Source: a virus. Taken from it: DNA of 27,164 nucleotides. Position numbers and translations under genes: made by a program. Where the stretch lies: IMG/VR virus record IMGVR_UViG_3300045988_012994, positions 1 through 27,164 of that record. One strand, 5' to 3'. Positions within the stretch are counted from its first letter, which is position 1; each line of letters opens with the position of its first letter. The notes beneath the pieces were generated by a model, which saw nothing but the letters and a program-made list of their open reading frames with translations, was not told the DNA's origin and searched no databases. Shown piece after piece: positions 1-7,182 of the stretch.

Positions 1-1
1 T

Positions 2-454
2 TATGCTCAGACCCTCGAAAAAGGGTCATATAGCGTGATTATTGATTCTGTTAAGCATTTACGTACGAATAATCAGAATCGGCTTATGTGGTCATTAATC
101 AAGGAAATAAGTGAAAACGAAAACGCTAGTCATAACGATACATGGGATATGTATTGCGAATTCTTGAGAATGGCAAAAGCTTTATATACATATGTTTCAG
201 TTTTGAAAGATGGTGTTGATTCGTTGGCTCAAGCACATGGAGTTAGAGCGGTTCAAATATTGGGTACTGAGATAAGAGACAATGGAAATGAATTTGTAAA
301 TTGTAGATTGTTTCTAGGCTCATCACAAATGGACACAAAGCAAATGGGAGTCTTAATTGATTGCATACTAGATTATGCAGAACAATTAGGAATCAACACT
401 CAATACTATTTAGATAAAGGAATCAAGGTGGAAGAAAATAAAATTTGTAATTAA
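2..454 (+). CDS. NinB/Orf-family recombination mediator (5' end outside window)
   Basis: The frame is open from the first base of the window, so the GTG at 35 in the ORF track is probably internal. RTNNQNRLMWSLIKEIS and GSSQMDTKQMGVLIDCILDYAEQLGI resemble lambda NinB (RSLDQNRKLW...; STSRMRVGEFAELLELIQAFG). It lies next to RusA, as in lambdoid nin regions. Confidence 0.55.
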   Translation, partial: YAQTLEKGSYSVIIDSVKHLRTNNQNRLMWSLIKEISENENASHNDTWDMYCEFLRMAKALYTYVSVLKDGVDSLAQAHGVRAVQILGTEIRDNGNEFVNCRLFLGSSQMDTKQMGVLIDCILDYAEQLGINTQYYLDKGIKVEENKICN

Positions 455-815
455 AGGAAAACTAGATGGATTGAATGAATATATTAATGTTTGCAGAACA
501 AATCGTTACAAAGGAGCAGAAATGAAGAAAAAGAATGAGCGATTAGTTATGGCTTATATCTTACAGGCAGTAAACTTTGGCGAGGTTTATGAAGTTAAAA
601 AATACCCAATTAAATTAAATATTAATTGGTATGAACCGAATTCAAGGCGTGATATTGATAACGTAACATTTGCAACTAAATTCATTCAAGATTCATTAGT
701 TAGAACAGGAATACTTGAGGATGATTCAAGGAAATACATTAATCAAGTGAATCATTCAGTATTTACAGATAAACAAAATCCAAGAATAGAGGTAGAAATT
801 CTAGGGGGTGATTAG
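438..815 (+). CDS. rusA: RusA-family Holliday junction resolvase (proposed ATA start)
   Basis: RRDIDNVTFATKFIQDSLVRTGILEDDSRKYI is the RusA catalytic region. The N-terminus typical of Gram-positive RusA (KFVIKGKLDGLNEYINVCRTNRYKGAEMKK) lies upstream of the track's TTG at 471. The only start-like codon is ATA at 438, 5 nt after SD AAGGTGGA (425-432). Confidence 0.8.
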   Translation: MKFVIKGKLDGLNEYINVCRTNRYKGAEMKKKNERLVMAYILQAVNFGEVYEVKKYPIKLNINWYEPNSRRDIDNVTFATKFIQDSLVRTGILEDDSRKYINQVNHSVFTDKQNPRIEVEILGGD

Positions 816-816
816 A

Positions 817-1548
817 ATAGCAGAACTAAAGAAAAGCCTACAAAGTGGGTATACACACGTTAACAATGAAATATTTCACGATAGAGAACTATCCTATAAA
901 GCAAAAGGCTTGTTTTGCCAAATGTTAAGCCTTCCGGATAATTGGGACTTTAAGGAAAACAGTATTAAAGCATTAGCTACAGATGGAATATCAAGTGTTC
1001 GTTCCGGTTTAAAAGAATTAATGAATAAAGGATATTTAATTCGTGAACCTATTAGAGAAGGTAATTTAATTGTTGATTGGCAATATACATTAATAGACAA
1101 TCCTCGGAATTTAGAAAATCTAAAAATAGAAAATCTAAAAATAGAAAATCTAAAATTAGAAAATCTAAACCCTATTAAATTAAATAATAATTCAACTAAA
1201 AATGAATTAAATAAAAATAATATTAATGTATGTACGCACAAACATAAATACGGAGAATTTCAACACGTGTTACTTACAGATAAAGAACACACACACCTAT
1301 TAGATTTATATGGTGATTCATTAGATGAGCATATAAAGATATTAGATGAGTATATTGAAACATCCGGAAAGAAATACAAGAACCATTCATTAGTACTACA
1401 AAAGTGGGTACATGATGAATGGATGAAAAGAAATAAGAACAATCCTGTAAAACTTGATTCTAAATTCTATGTACAAGAAAGCAATCAATCGTATGCAGAT
1501 GTACAGAAAGAAATGGAACGAGTAAGGAAAGAAATATTAAGAGCGTAG
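817..1548 (+). CDS. Phage replisome organizer / DnaD-like HTH protein (ATA 817, or GTG 808)
   Basis: The N-terminal GYTHVNNEIFHDRELSYKAKGLFCQMLSLPDNWDF...GLKELMNKGYL is the HTH_36/replisome-organizer pattern. The C-terminal YGEFQHVLLTDKEH...LDEYIETSGKKYKNHSLVLQKWV is the conserved phage C-terminus. It contains 15-bp iterons. GTG 808 lies inside the SD GGGGGTGA (804-811), whereas ATA 817 is 5 nt downstream of it. Confidence 0.7.
   Translation: MAELKKSLQSGYTHVNNEIFHDRELSYKAKGLFCQMLSLPDNWDFKENSIKALATDGISSVRSGLKELMNKGYLIREPIREGNLIVDWQYTLIDNPRNLENLKIENLKIENLKLENLNPIKLNNNSTKNELNKNNINVCTHKHKYGEFQHVLLTDKEHTHLLDLYGDSLDEHIKILDEYIETSGKKYKNHSLVLQKWVHDEWMKRNKNNPVKLDSKFYVQESNQSYADVQKEMERVRKEILRA
1112..1170. 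repeat. Four tandem 15-bp direct repeats (TAGAAAATCTAAAAA-type iterons), putative origin of replication
   Basis: Units start at 1112, 1127, 1142 and 1157, with only 1-2 changes in the last two. They are translated as NLENLKIENLKIENLKLENL inside the organizer gene. Confidence 0.7.
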
Positions 1549-1555
1549 AAAGGGA

Positions 1556-1891
1556 ATGAATATGGATAACAAAATAAAAGCTTTAATCATAATCAACAAT
1601 AAAGTAAATGAACGTATTAAATCTATTTTGTATAAAGAACCTCAAGAAGAAAAAATGATGTTTGAAGGAATAAGAGATGTATTACAAATGACATCAGAAC
1701 TTACTGAGCGAATTGAAAGAATATCAGATGATTTCATAAATAAAGAGACTTTACTAAACTGTCTATCAAGCGAATTACAATCATATATTTATGATTTAAG
1801 TGAAACTGATTTAGATAGAATGATATACATTACGCTATACGCAGAAAAATTGAAACTTTCAATCGATAAATTAGAGCTAGAAGGGGATTAA
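1556..1891 (+). CDS. Hypothetical protein
   Basis: ORF with SD AAGGGA upstream (ATG 1556 or 1562), tightly packed, same strand. Confidence 0.6.
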   Translation: MNMDNKIKALIIINNKVNERIKSILYKEPQEEKMMFEGIRDVLQMTSELTERIERISDDFINKETLLNCLSSELQSYIYDLSETDLDRMIYITLYAEKLKLSIDKLELEGD

Positions 1892-2149
1892 ATGATTAAT
1901 TGGATTTGTGGAGCTATATGTGGAAGTGGTGCAACACTTCTTCTATATAGCCTAATGGTAGGAAAAAGGATTCAAGAAGAACAAGACAAAGCTTGTAAAT
2001 GTATATTCAAGTATGAAGAATACAGAAGAAGAATCAGAACACTTGAATATCAAAACAAAGAGCTAGAAAAAAGAATCGTAGAATTACAAACAAAATATGG
2101 TGAAGTCGTAAGCGCCGAATATTATTCGGATTTTGATGAGGTGAAATAA
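1892..2149 (+). CDS. Hypothetical small protein with N-terminal transmembrane segment and coiled coil
   Basis: ATG 4 nt after GAAGGGGA. The hydrophobic stretch WICGAICGSGATLLLYSLMV is followed by a charged helix. Confidence 0.6.
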   Translation: MINWICGAICGSGATLLLYSLMVGKRIQEEQDKACKCIFKYEEYRRRIRTLEYQNKELEKRIVELQTKYGEVVSAEYYSDFDEVK

Positions 2150-2479
2150 ATGGATTACTTAAAGCCAAAAAAAGAAGAAAAATGTAATAAATGCAAATAT
2201 GAATATTTATCAGAATGTGAACATCCTTGTATCGTGTGCAGATGGAGAGTTAAAGAGAGAGGTTTAGCTTTTTTTGGAAAGTTGAGTTATTTCGAACCTA
2301 AAGAAGAAAAAAATGATGATGAAATCAACATGGTCAATCATCCTCAACATTACAACAGAGATGGAGCAATGGAGTGTATTGATGAAATGATAGCAGTACT
2401 TGAAGAATTAGAAGATATTGTAAAAGAAAAATTAGATAAATTGTATTTAGAAAGAGAGATTAAAAGACATGACAAGTAA
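2150..2479 (+). CDS. DUF3310-like phage protein
   Basis: NHPQHYNRDGAMECIDEMI matches the HP.HY..G.ECID motif of DUF3310. There is an N-terminal Cys cluster (CNKCKY...CEHPCIVC). SD GAGGTGA lies upstream. Confidence 0.55.
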   Translation: MDYLKPKKEEKCNKCKYEYLSECEHPCIVCRWRVKERGLAFFGKLSYFEPKEEKNDDEINMVNHPQHYNRDGAMECIDEMIAVLEELEDIVKEKLDKLYLEREIKRHDK

Positions 2480-3050
2480 AGATTACAAAGAAAGATTAAA
2501 AGAAATGAGTATTAAAGAGCGAAAAGAAATGTACCGCATAAGTAAGCATGATGTTGAATTGATAAAAATAATGCTACAAATGCAAGAAAAGTTAGATGAG
2601 CAAATTTTAAAAGAACATAACATCTCAGAAATTAATGAAGATTTCTTGAATATAGCAATACTCGATGAAATTGGTGAATTAACACATGAATTAAAAGGTG
2701 AGTGGTGTTGGTGGAAGAATACACAAGCACCGGTTGATAAAGAAAAAGTTCTAGAAGAATTAGTTGATATTTGGCATTTTGTATTAAGCCATAGCAACCA
2801 TTTTGTGAAAAAAGACTACATTTATGAAAAACAAATGTCTAGAATTAACGACCAAATAAAAGTTTGTTGTAGTGAAGTAATGCGAACAGGATTTGCCGAT
2901 AAATTAGTTAGCTTGATAAAGTGCAAAAATTTTAGAATTATAAAACTTATCTTCATTAGTTTATTTTTAGGATTCAGTATTGAAGATGTATATAAAGCAT
3001 ATTGCGATAAAAACAAAGTGAATTATCAAAGACTAGAAAGTGGGTATTAA
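2469..3050 (+). CDS. Dimeric dUTPase-like / all-alpha NTP pyrophosphohydrolase
   Basis: AILDEIGELTHELKGEWCWWK...EELVDIWHFVLS resembles the dUTPase_2/MazG-like metal-binding helices (E..E ... WKWW ... E..D..HF). Confidence 0.5.
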   Translation: MTSKDYKERLKEMSIKERKEMYRISKHDVELIKIMLQMQEKLDEQILKEHNISEINEDFLNIAILDEIGELTHELKGEWCWWKNTQAPVDKEKVLEELVDIWHFVLSHSNHFVKKDYIYEKQMSRINDQIKVCCSEVMRTGFADKLVSLIKCKNFRIIKLIFISLFLGFSIEDVYKAYCDKNKVNYQRLESGY

Positions 3051-3051
3051 T

Positions 3052-3291
3052 ATGTGGATTAGAAGCCAAGATGGAAAAATTTTAATGGATTGCGACTTTT
3101 TCGCAGTTGAAGAACACGGCGTTAAATATGCAGTGATTACATTAAGTGGCAAAAGTGGTATAAGCGTTAGTTTAGGTACATATACTACTAAATATAAAGC
3201 TTTAAGAGTTTTAGATGGAATTCAAAATCAAATAGAATATAAGAACATTGAAGTACATCAAATGCCACAAGATGAGGATGTGGAAGTATGA
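3052..3291 (+). CDS. Hypothetical protein
   Basis: In-frame ATG at 3052 just after the previous stop (3048-3050). The track start GTG 3040 is less likely. Confidence 0.55.
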   Translation: MWIRSQDGKILMDCDFFAVEEHGVKYAVITLSGKSGISVSLGTYTTKYKALRVLDGIQNQIEYKNIEVHQMPQDEDVEV

Positions 3292-3458
3292 CATTTGAAG
3301 AATATCATAAAATAAATAGGAAATATGGATGTAAAATTATACCATTTGATATTGATTTGAATAAATTTACAAAAGAAGAATACGAAGACATGATTAGAGA
3401 TTTTCTTCAAAGTGGTTTAGTAGTTAGATGCTTACCGCCAAAGGAGGATTATTCTTAA
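3288..3458 (+). CDS. Hypothetical small protein (56 aa, below ORF-track cutoff)
   Basis: ATGA overlap with the previous stop (3288-3291) and TAATG overlap with the next start (3456-3460). It fills an otherwise empty 130-nt gap. Translation: MTFEEYHKINRKYGCKIIPFDIDLNKFTKEEYEDMIRDFLQSGLVVRCLPPKEDYS. Confidence 0.55.
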   Translation: MTFEEYHKINRKYGCKIIPFDIDLNKFTKEEYEDMIRDFLQSGLVVRCLPPKEDYS

Positions 3459-3751
3459 TGACAGAAAAAGATTTAGAAGAAATAAAACAAAAGTACGGAT
3501 TCACATTGCGTCCAAGTGCATTTAATGGTAAGCCGATTAAGTATGTTTCAAGAAAAGAGTATGAAGAAAAAATAAATAAGGTTTGGAATCAAATATTTGA
3601 GGATGATTCAAAAAAAGAACAAGAAAAAATTGAAAAAGAGCTAAGAAAAAAGCAAAACGCAAGTTTGAGAAAGATTAAAAGAATGGTGCAAATCAAAAAA
3701 GAAACCGATGAATTTGTTAAAAAGCTAAAGGAACAGGAGAGTGATTTTTAA
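3458..3751 (+). CDS. Hypothetical Lys/Glu-rich protein
   Basis: ATG 3458 lies 9 nt after AAAGGAGGA (3440-3448). The track start 3428 lacks an SD. Confidence 0.6.
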   Translation: MTEKDLEEIKQKYGFTLRPSAFNGKPIKYVSRKEYEEKINKVWNQIFEDDSKKEQEKIEKELRKKQNASLRKIKRMVQIKKETDEFVKKLKEQESDF

Positions 3752-4122
3752 TGGAAGCGTTTGTTCAAATGCCACTAGAAACATATGATGTGTTAAAGTC
3801 TAATAACGAGTATTTAAAAAGAAAGCTAAAAGAGGAACAAGAATCACACAATGAAGATGTTGCACAAGCAAAAAAAGAAATAAATGATTTAGCCGAAAAA
3901 ATAGACCAGTATAAGCAACACATTCTAGAATATTGTTGTAGATTGTTATATGTTGAGAACTATTCATTAGAGCACTATTTGGATATAGATTCATTTAATT
4001 ACGGAATGAATTATAAAGATGAACTATTAAATCTAGGGTTCACAAAACAAGAAATGGATGGATTTATAGCCGATAAATATGAAGAACGGTTAAAAGAGAA
4101 AGAAGAAAATACAGATGATTGA
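3751..4122 (+). CDS. Hypothetical protein
   Basis: TAATG-coupled ORF, coiled-coil rich. Confidence 0.6.
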   Translation: MEAFVQMPLETYDVLKSNNEYLKRKLKEEQESHNEDVAQAKKEINDLAEKIDQYKQHILEYCCRLLYVENYSLEHYLDIDSFNYGMNYKDELLNLGFTKQEMDGFIADKYEERLKEKEENTDD

Positions 4123-4297
4123 AGAAAGAATAGAAGCATATAAAAGAGACATAAGTAAATGCGAGACAGAAGTATTGTTACAGACATTCGGGCTATTAAT
4201 GCATAACAACATCCTAGTAGAAGGATTCGATGAATATTTATTAAAAATGGACATTATAGAAGCAGAAATTCTAAAAAGAACAGGAGAACGAAAATGA
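4115..4297 (+). CDS. Hypothetical small protein
   Basis: ATGA-type overlaps at both ends. Confidence 0.5.
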   Translation: MIEERIEAYKRDISKCETEVLLQTFGLLMHNNILVEGFDEYLLKMDIIEAEILKRTGERK

Positions 4298-4677
4298 ATA
4301 AATATCAAGAAGCTTTAAACAAGATTAGAAATATAGTGTTAGATGAAAGTGGTGATGGATATCACACTCAGAGATATTTACAAGACTTTTATTCGAACGC
4401 ATGTGGAACATTACAGGAGTTAGTCTATAAAGCAGATTTACTTGAGTGGATTCCATTTCCACCAAAAGACGAGGTTACAGTTTGTCTCGATTGTCTAGTT
4501 CCTGAAGTTGATGAGGAAATACTTGTTAGTGATGGTGAGGACGTATGGCAAGATAGATGGCTCGTTATCAGTAAAGGCTATGATTATGATTATGAGCTTG
4601 ATAGTGAAATAGATTTTGAAGGTTTAGCTTGGATGCCATTACCAAAGCCTTATAAGGAGATAAAAGCGTATGACTAA
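4294..4677 (+). CDS. Hypothetical protein, MNKYQEALN-family N-terminus
   Basis: SD GGAGAA, ATGA overlap. The N-terminus is shared with the ORFs at 4845 and 5008. Confidence 0.6.
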   Translation: MNKYQEALNKIRNIVLDESGDGYHTQRYLQDFYSNACGTLQELVYKADLLEWIPFPPKDEVTVCLDCLVPEVDEEILVSDGEDVWQDRWLVISKGYDYDYELDSEIDFEGLAWMPLPKPYKEIKAYD

Positions 4678-4852
4678 AAAGCACATGGAAAGATGGGAAG
4701 AATTGAGAGAGAAAAATCCAAAGCGTGCTATGGAATATATAAGAATATGTGGAACTATGACTATAGCACAAAAGCATTTCAACAGTTTTAAAAGAGAGTG
4801 TGAAACTTGGCTAGATAATATTTATAAAATGGAGATGGAACAACATGAATAA
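4670..4852 (+). CDS. Hypothetical small protein
   Basis: Overlaps its neighbours by 8 nt at each end, same strand. Confidence 0.5.
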   Translation: MTKKHMERWEELREKNPKRAMEYIRICGTMTIAQKHFNSFKRECETWLDNIYKMEMEQHE

Positions 4853-5003
4853 ATATCAAGAAGCATTAAATACAATTTCTGATACGCTTACTTATTACAT
4901 GGTGCGTAAAGATTTAGAATTATTACCTAGTGATAATGAAATATATGAAGCAATGGCTACACTTAGAGAGTTAGTTAATAAAGAAAAATCGAAGGAGAAA
5001 TAA
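4845..5003 (+). CDS. Hypothetical small protein (52 aa), MNKYQEALN-family
   Basis: Below the ORF-track cutoff. ATG 4845 overlaps the preceding stop. The first ~25 nt are nearly identical to the start of the 4294 ORF. Confidence 0.5.
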   Translation: MNKYQEALNTISDTLTYYMVRKDLELLPSDNEIYEAMATLRELVNKEKSKEK

Positions 5004-5007
5004 ATAA

Positions 5008-5325
5008 ATGAATGAATATGAAGAAGCGCTTGAAACAATAAACAATGAAATTTTATTGTGTTATGGAGAAGAAACAGTTGGAGAGTATGAATCAGATACA
5101 GACAATTTATATAATGCTTTCGATTCACTAAAAAAATTAGCGAGCAAAGAAACGCCTAAGAAACCTATCGATATTGAGTTTGGCCCATGTTTCGATTCGA
5201 TGTTATGTTGTCCAACTTGCAAGCATGGAGTTGTACCTATTCCAACATATAATGGAAACAAATATTACCCTCGTTGTCCATTCTGTGGGCAGAAGTTAAT
5301 GGAGGAAGATAAAGATGACTGCTAG
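5008..5325 (+). CDS. Hypothetical zinc-ribbon protein, related N-terminus (MNEYEEALETIN)
   Basis: CCPTCKHG...RCPFCGQ forms two CxxC pairs. SD GAAGGAGA lies upstream. Confidence 0.6.
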   Translation: MNEYEEALETINNEILLCYGEETVGEYESDTDNLYNAFDSLKKLASKETPKKPIDIEFGPCFDSMLCCPTCKHGVVPIPTYNGNKYYPRCPFCGQKLMEEDKDDC

Positions 5326-5419
5326 AGAAATGTTTAAAAAGCTAGGGTATAAAAAACGTGCTTTTGACAATACATTAAAAGCAGTTAACAAACAGGTTGA
5401 AGAATTGGGGTGGATTTAA
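5315..5419 (+). CDS. Hypothetical small protein (34 aa)
   Basis: ATG 5315 lies after GGAGGAAGA and there is a TAATG overlap with the next gene at 5417-5421. Short, so weakly supported. Confidence 0.35.
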   Translation: MTAREMFKKLGYKKRAFDNTLKAVNKQVEELGWI

Positions 5420-5952
5420 TGACAACAAAAGAAGAATATGAAAAAGCATTAAAAGAAATGAATGACGCTTTTTACGGTATTACTTTTTTAAACAGTCAAA
5501 CGAGAAGATTTGACGACAACTTAAATCTTTTACGTGAATTAGTAAATGAGCATTTTGAAGAAAAAGATAAACATTTTGAAGAAAAATCAAAAACAAATCT
5601 AGAATTTTATTACGATGATTTGTTAGAAGAAGGATTCAGTGATTTTGCCGTTGTTAACGGAAAAATTAAGCCGTGTTTATATGTACCATGCGATAAATGT
5701 CAATTTAAAAAGAAAGATTGTAGTAAAGATAGGATTACGTGGTTGTTAAGTCAACGAAAAAAGCCGAAATATAAATTTACACAATTTGAATACGACTTAA
5801 TAAATACATACAGGCATGTCGATGATAGATGTAAATTTAATGGTTGTTATCAATTAAAAAGTTTGAAAGAAAAAGGATATTTCAAAAATGTGGATAAAAA
5901 TGAATTAATTAAAGATATTCTAGAGAATTGTGAGGTAATAAAAAATGATTAA
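5419..5952 (+). CDS. Hypothetical protein
   Basis: ATG 5419 is preferred over track GTG 5410. Contains CDKCQFKKKDC. Confidence 0.55.
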   Translation: MTTKEEYEKALKEMNDAFYGITFLNSQTRRFDDNLNLLRELVNEHFEEKDKHFEEKSKTNLEFYYDDLLEEGFSDFAVVNGKIKPCLYVPCDKCQFKKKDCSKDRITWLLSQRKKPKYKFTQFEYDLINTYRHVDDRCKFNGCYQLKSLKEKGYFKNVDKNELIKDILENCEVIKND

Positions 5953-6427
5953 TGTAGCAGTAATAGCAGGACATCTAACAAAAGATGTCGAATTATCAAA
6001 AACACAAAATGGAAATAGCGTAGCAAAGTTTACGGTAGCAGTAAATGGATACAATGACACTACAGATTTTATTAATTGTGTGGCATGGAATAAATTGGCA
6101 GATATCGTAAATATGTATTGCAAGAAAGGTGATTTAGTTACAGTTGAAGGAAGAATCAGTGTTAGAAATTATGAGAACCAACAAGGACAAAGAATTTATA
6201 TCACTGAAGTTGTAGCTAGTAACGTACAATTACCGCCTAAAAACACTTCTAATGGGCAGAATTATAGTTCTAATGTAAATGCATATCAATATCCAAATCA
6301 AGCAAATAGCAACGCTTACGGCGTTCAAAACACATATACGCAACCAAGCTTAACACAACAAATTGCACAACAAGAATATAATGACGCAAGCAATTTCCAA
6401 ATTGCTTCAGATGATTTACCATTCTAG
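5945..6427 (+). CDS. ssb: Single-stranded DNA-binding protein
   Basis: OB-fold N-terminus (MINVAVIAGHLTKDVEL...FINCVAWNKLADIV...GDLVTVEGRI..RNYENQQGQRIYITEVV), a Gln/Asn/Tyr-rich linker and the acidic tail DDLPF. Confidence 0.92.
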   Translation: MINVAVIAGHLTKDVELSKTQNGNSVAKFTVAVNGYNDTTDFINCVAWNKLADIVNMYCKKGDLVTVEGRISVRNYENQQGQRIYITEVVASNVQLPPKNTSNGQNYSSNVNAYQYPNQANSNAYGVQNTYTQPSLTQQIAQQEYNDASNFQIASDDLPF

Positions 6428-6439
6428 GAGGTGGCACTA

Positions 6440-6634
6440 ATAGAAATGAATTACGAAGAAAGGATTAAAGAGTTAATTTCTAAAAACAATAGACTAGGAA
6501 GGAAGAATATTGAATTGGAGCAGACTTTAAAAGAAAGAAATGTAACAATTCATACTCAAGCTAAAGAAATCAAGAAATTAAGAAGTGAAGTTGGCGAATT
6601 AAAGGATAGATTGTATAAGGTATACAGTTCATGA
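6440..6634 (+). CDS. Hypothetical coiled-coil protein (start ATA 6440 or ATG 6446)
   Basis: SD GGAGG at 6427-6431 is 8 nt from ATA 6440 and 14 nt from ATG 6446. GTG 6431 overlaps the SD itself. Confidence 0.55.
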   Translation: MEMNYEERIKELISKNNRLGRKNIELEQTLKERNVTIHTQAKEIKKLRSEVGELKDRLYKVYSS

Positions 6635-6957
6635 GTACATATGAAGATATTAAGAGACACTTCTTGTGTGAATGCCAATCGTACACATATTATGAGCAAA
6701 AGATAGCAGAGCTACAAAGGGATGAAGCAATTTATCCTTTAAAAGCCGAGCTATTCTTGGCTCATGCAGATTATGCAAGAAGAATGAACTATGTAAAAGA
6801 AAAATTAAGCCAACTTGATGATACAACTCGAACAATGATTGAGTATAGATATATAAAAGGATTCAGTGCAGAAAAGACATCTAATATTGTAGGTTATGCA
6901 AGAGAAGAAATCCCAAGAAAAATAAATAAGAACTTAAAGAAAGTGCTCACAATGTGA
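6631..6957 (+). CDS. Phage late-gene transcriptional regulator (ArpU/RinA-like, sigma region-4-like HTH)
   Basis: The C-terminal TRTMIEYRYIKGFSAEKTSNIVGYAREEIPRKINKNLKKV resembles a sigma-70 region 4 HTH. It is the last gene of the early block, directly upstream of the packaging/structural genes. Confidence 0.6.
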   Translation: MSTYEDIKRHFLCECQSYTYYEQKIAELQRDEAIYPLKAELFLAHADYARRMNYVKEKLSQLDDTTRTMIEYRYIKGFSAEKTSNIVGYAREEIPRKINKNLKKVLTM

Positions 6958-6966
6958 GCATTTTTT
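6944..6966 (+). terminator. Rho-independent terminator after the regulator gene
   Basis: Stem TGCTCAC/GTGAGCA (6944-6950 / 6954-6960), loop AAT, then TTTTTT (6961-6966). The stop codon 6955-6957 lies inside the stem. Confidence 0.7.
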
Positions 6967-6968
6967 CA

Positions 6969-6977
6969 TGTAATAAT
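6969..6977 (+). promoter_or_regulatory. Possible extended -10 promoter (TGTAATAAT) for the tRNA
   Basis: Matches TGnTATAAT at 8/9 positions. Its last base is 6 nt upstream of the predicted tRNA 5' end (6984). No convincing -35 element. Confidence 0.3.
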
Positions 6978-6983
6978 TGTTTT

Positions 6984-7059
6984 AGCAGGATAGAGCAGTA
7001 GTAGCTCACTAGTCTTATTAGCTAGAGGTCGAATGGTGCAAATCCTTCTCCTGCAACCA
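6984..7059 (+). tRNA. Initiator-like tRNA with anticodon UAU (reads AUA), CCA encoded
   Basis: Manual cloverleaf: AGCAGGA TA GAGC AGTAGTA GCTC A CTAGT C-T-TAT-T-A GCTAG AGGTC GAA(T)GG TGCAAAT CCTTC TCCTGCA A CCA. This gives 6 acceptor pairs plus unpaired A1 x A72, a 4-bp D stem, a 5-bp anticodon stem and a 5-bp T stem with one bulged T. The D arm, variable loop and 3' end closely resemble bacterial tRNA-fMet. Confidence 0.7.
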
Positions 7060-7139
7060 TGATTACAAAGCCTATCAGTAAGTCCTTCCAAAATTAGATA
7101 TTAAATACCAACAATGGCATACAATTAGGCTTTTATATT

Positions 7140-7164
7140 ACCGAGCGTTTGTCTCGGTTCTTTT
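7140..7164 (+). terminator. Rho-independent terminator closing the tRNA unit
   Basis: Stem ACCGAG/CTCGGT (7140-7145 / 7153-7158), 7-nt loop, then TCTTTT. Confidence 0.65.
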
Positions 7165-7182
7165 AATAATAAGGAGGAGAAT

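Noticed and set aside
10-27. Hairpin GACCCT-CGAAAA-AGGGTC at the window start, considered as a terminator or attachment-site feature.
   Set aside because: It lies inside an open reading frame that continues from the window edge into the NinB-like gene, and it has no T-tract.
7060-7139. Possible second tRNA or structured RNA between the tRNA 3' end and the terminator. An 8-bp long-range helix pairs AAAGCCTA (7067-7074) with TAGGCTTT (7126-7133).
   Set aside because: The 51-nt interior is too short for a cloverleaf, and I could not find D, anticodon or T arms. It may be a trailer hairpin, but there is not enough evidence to call a gene.
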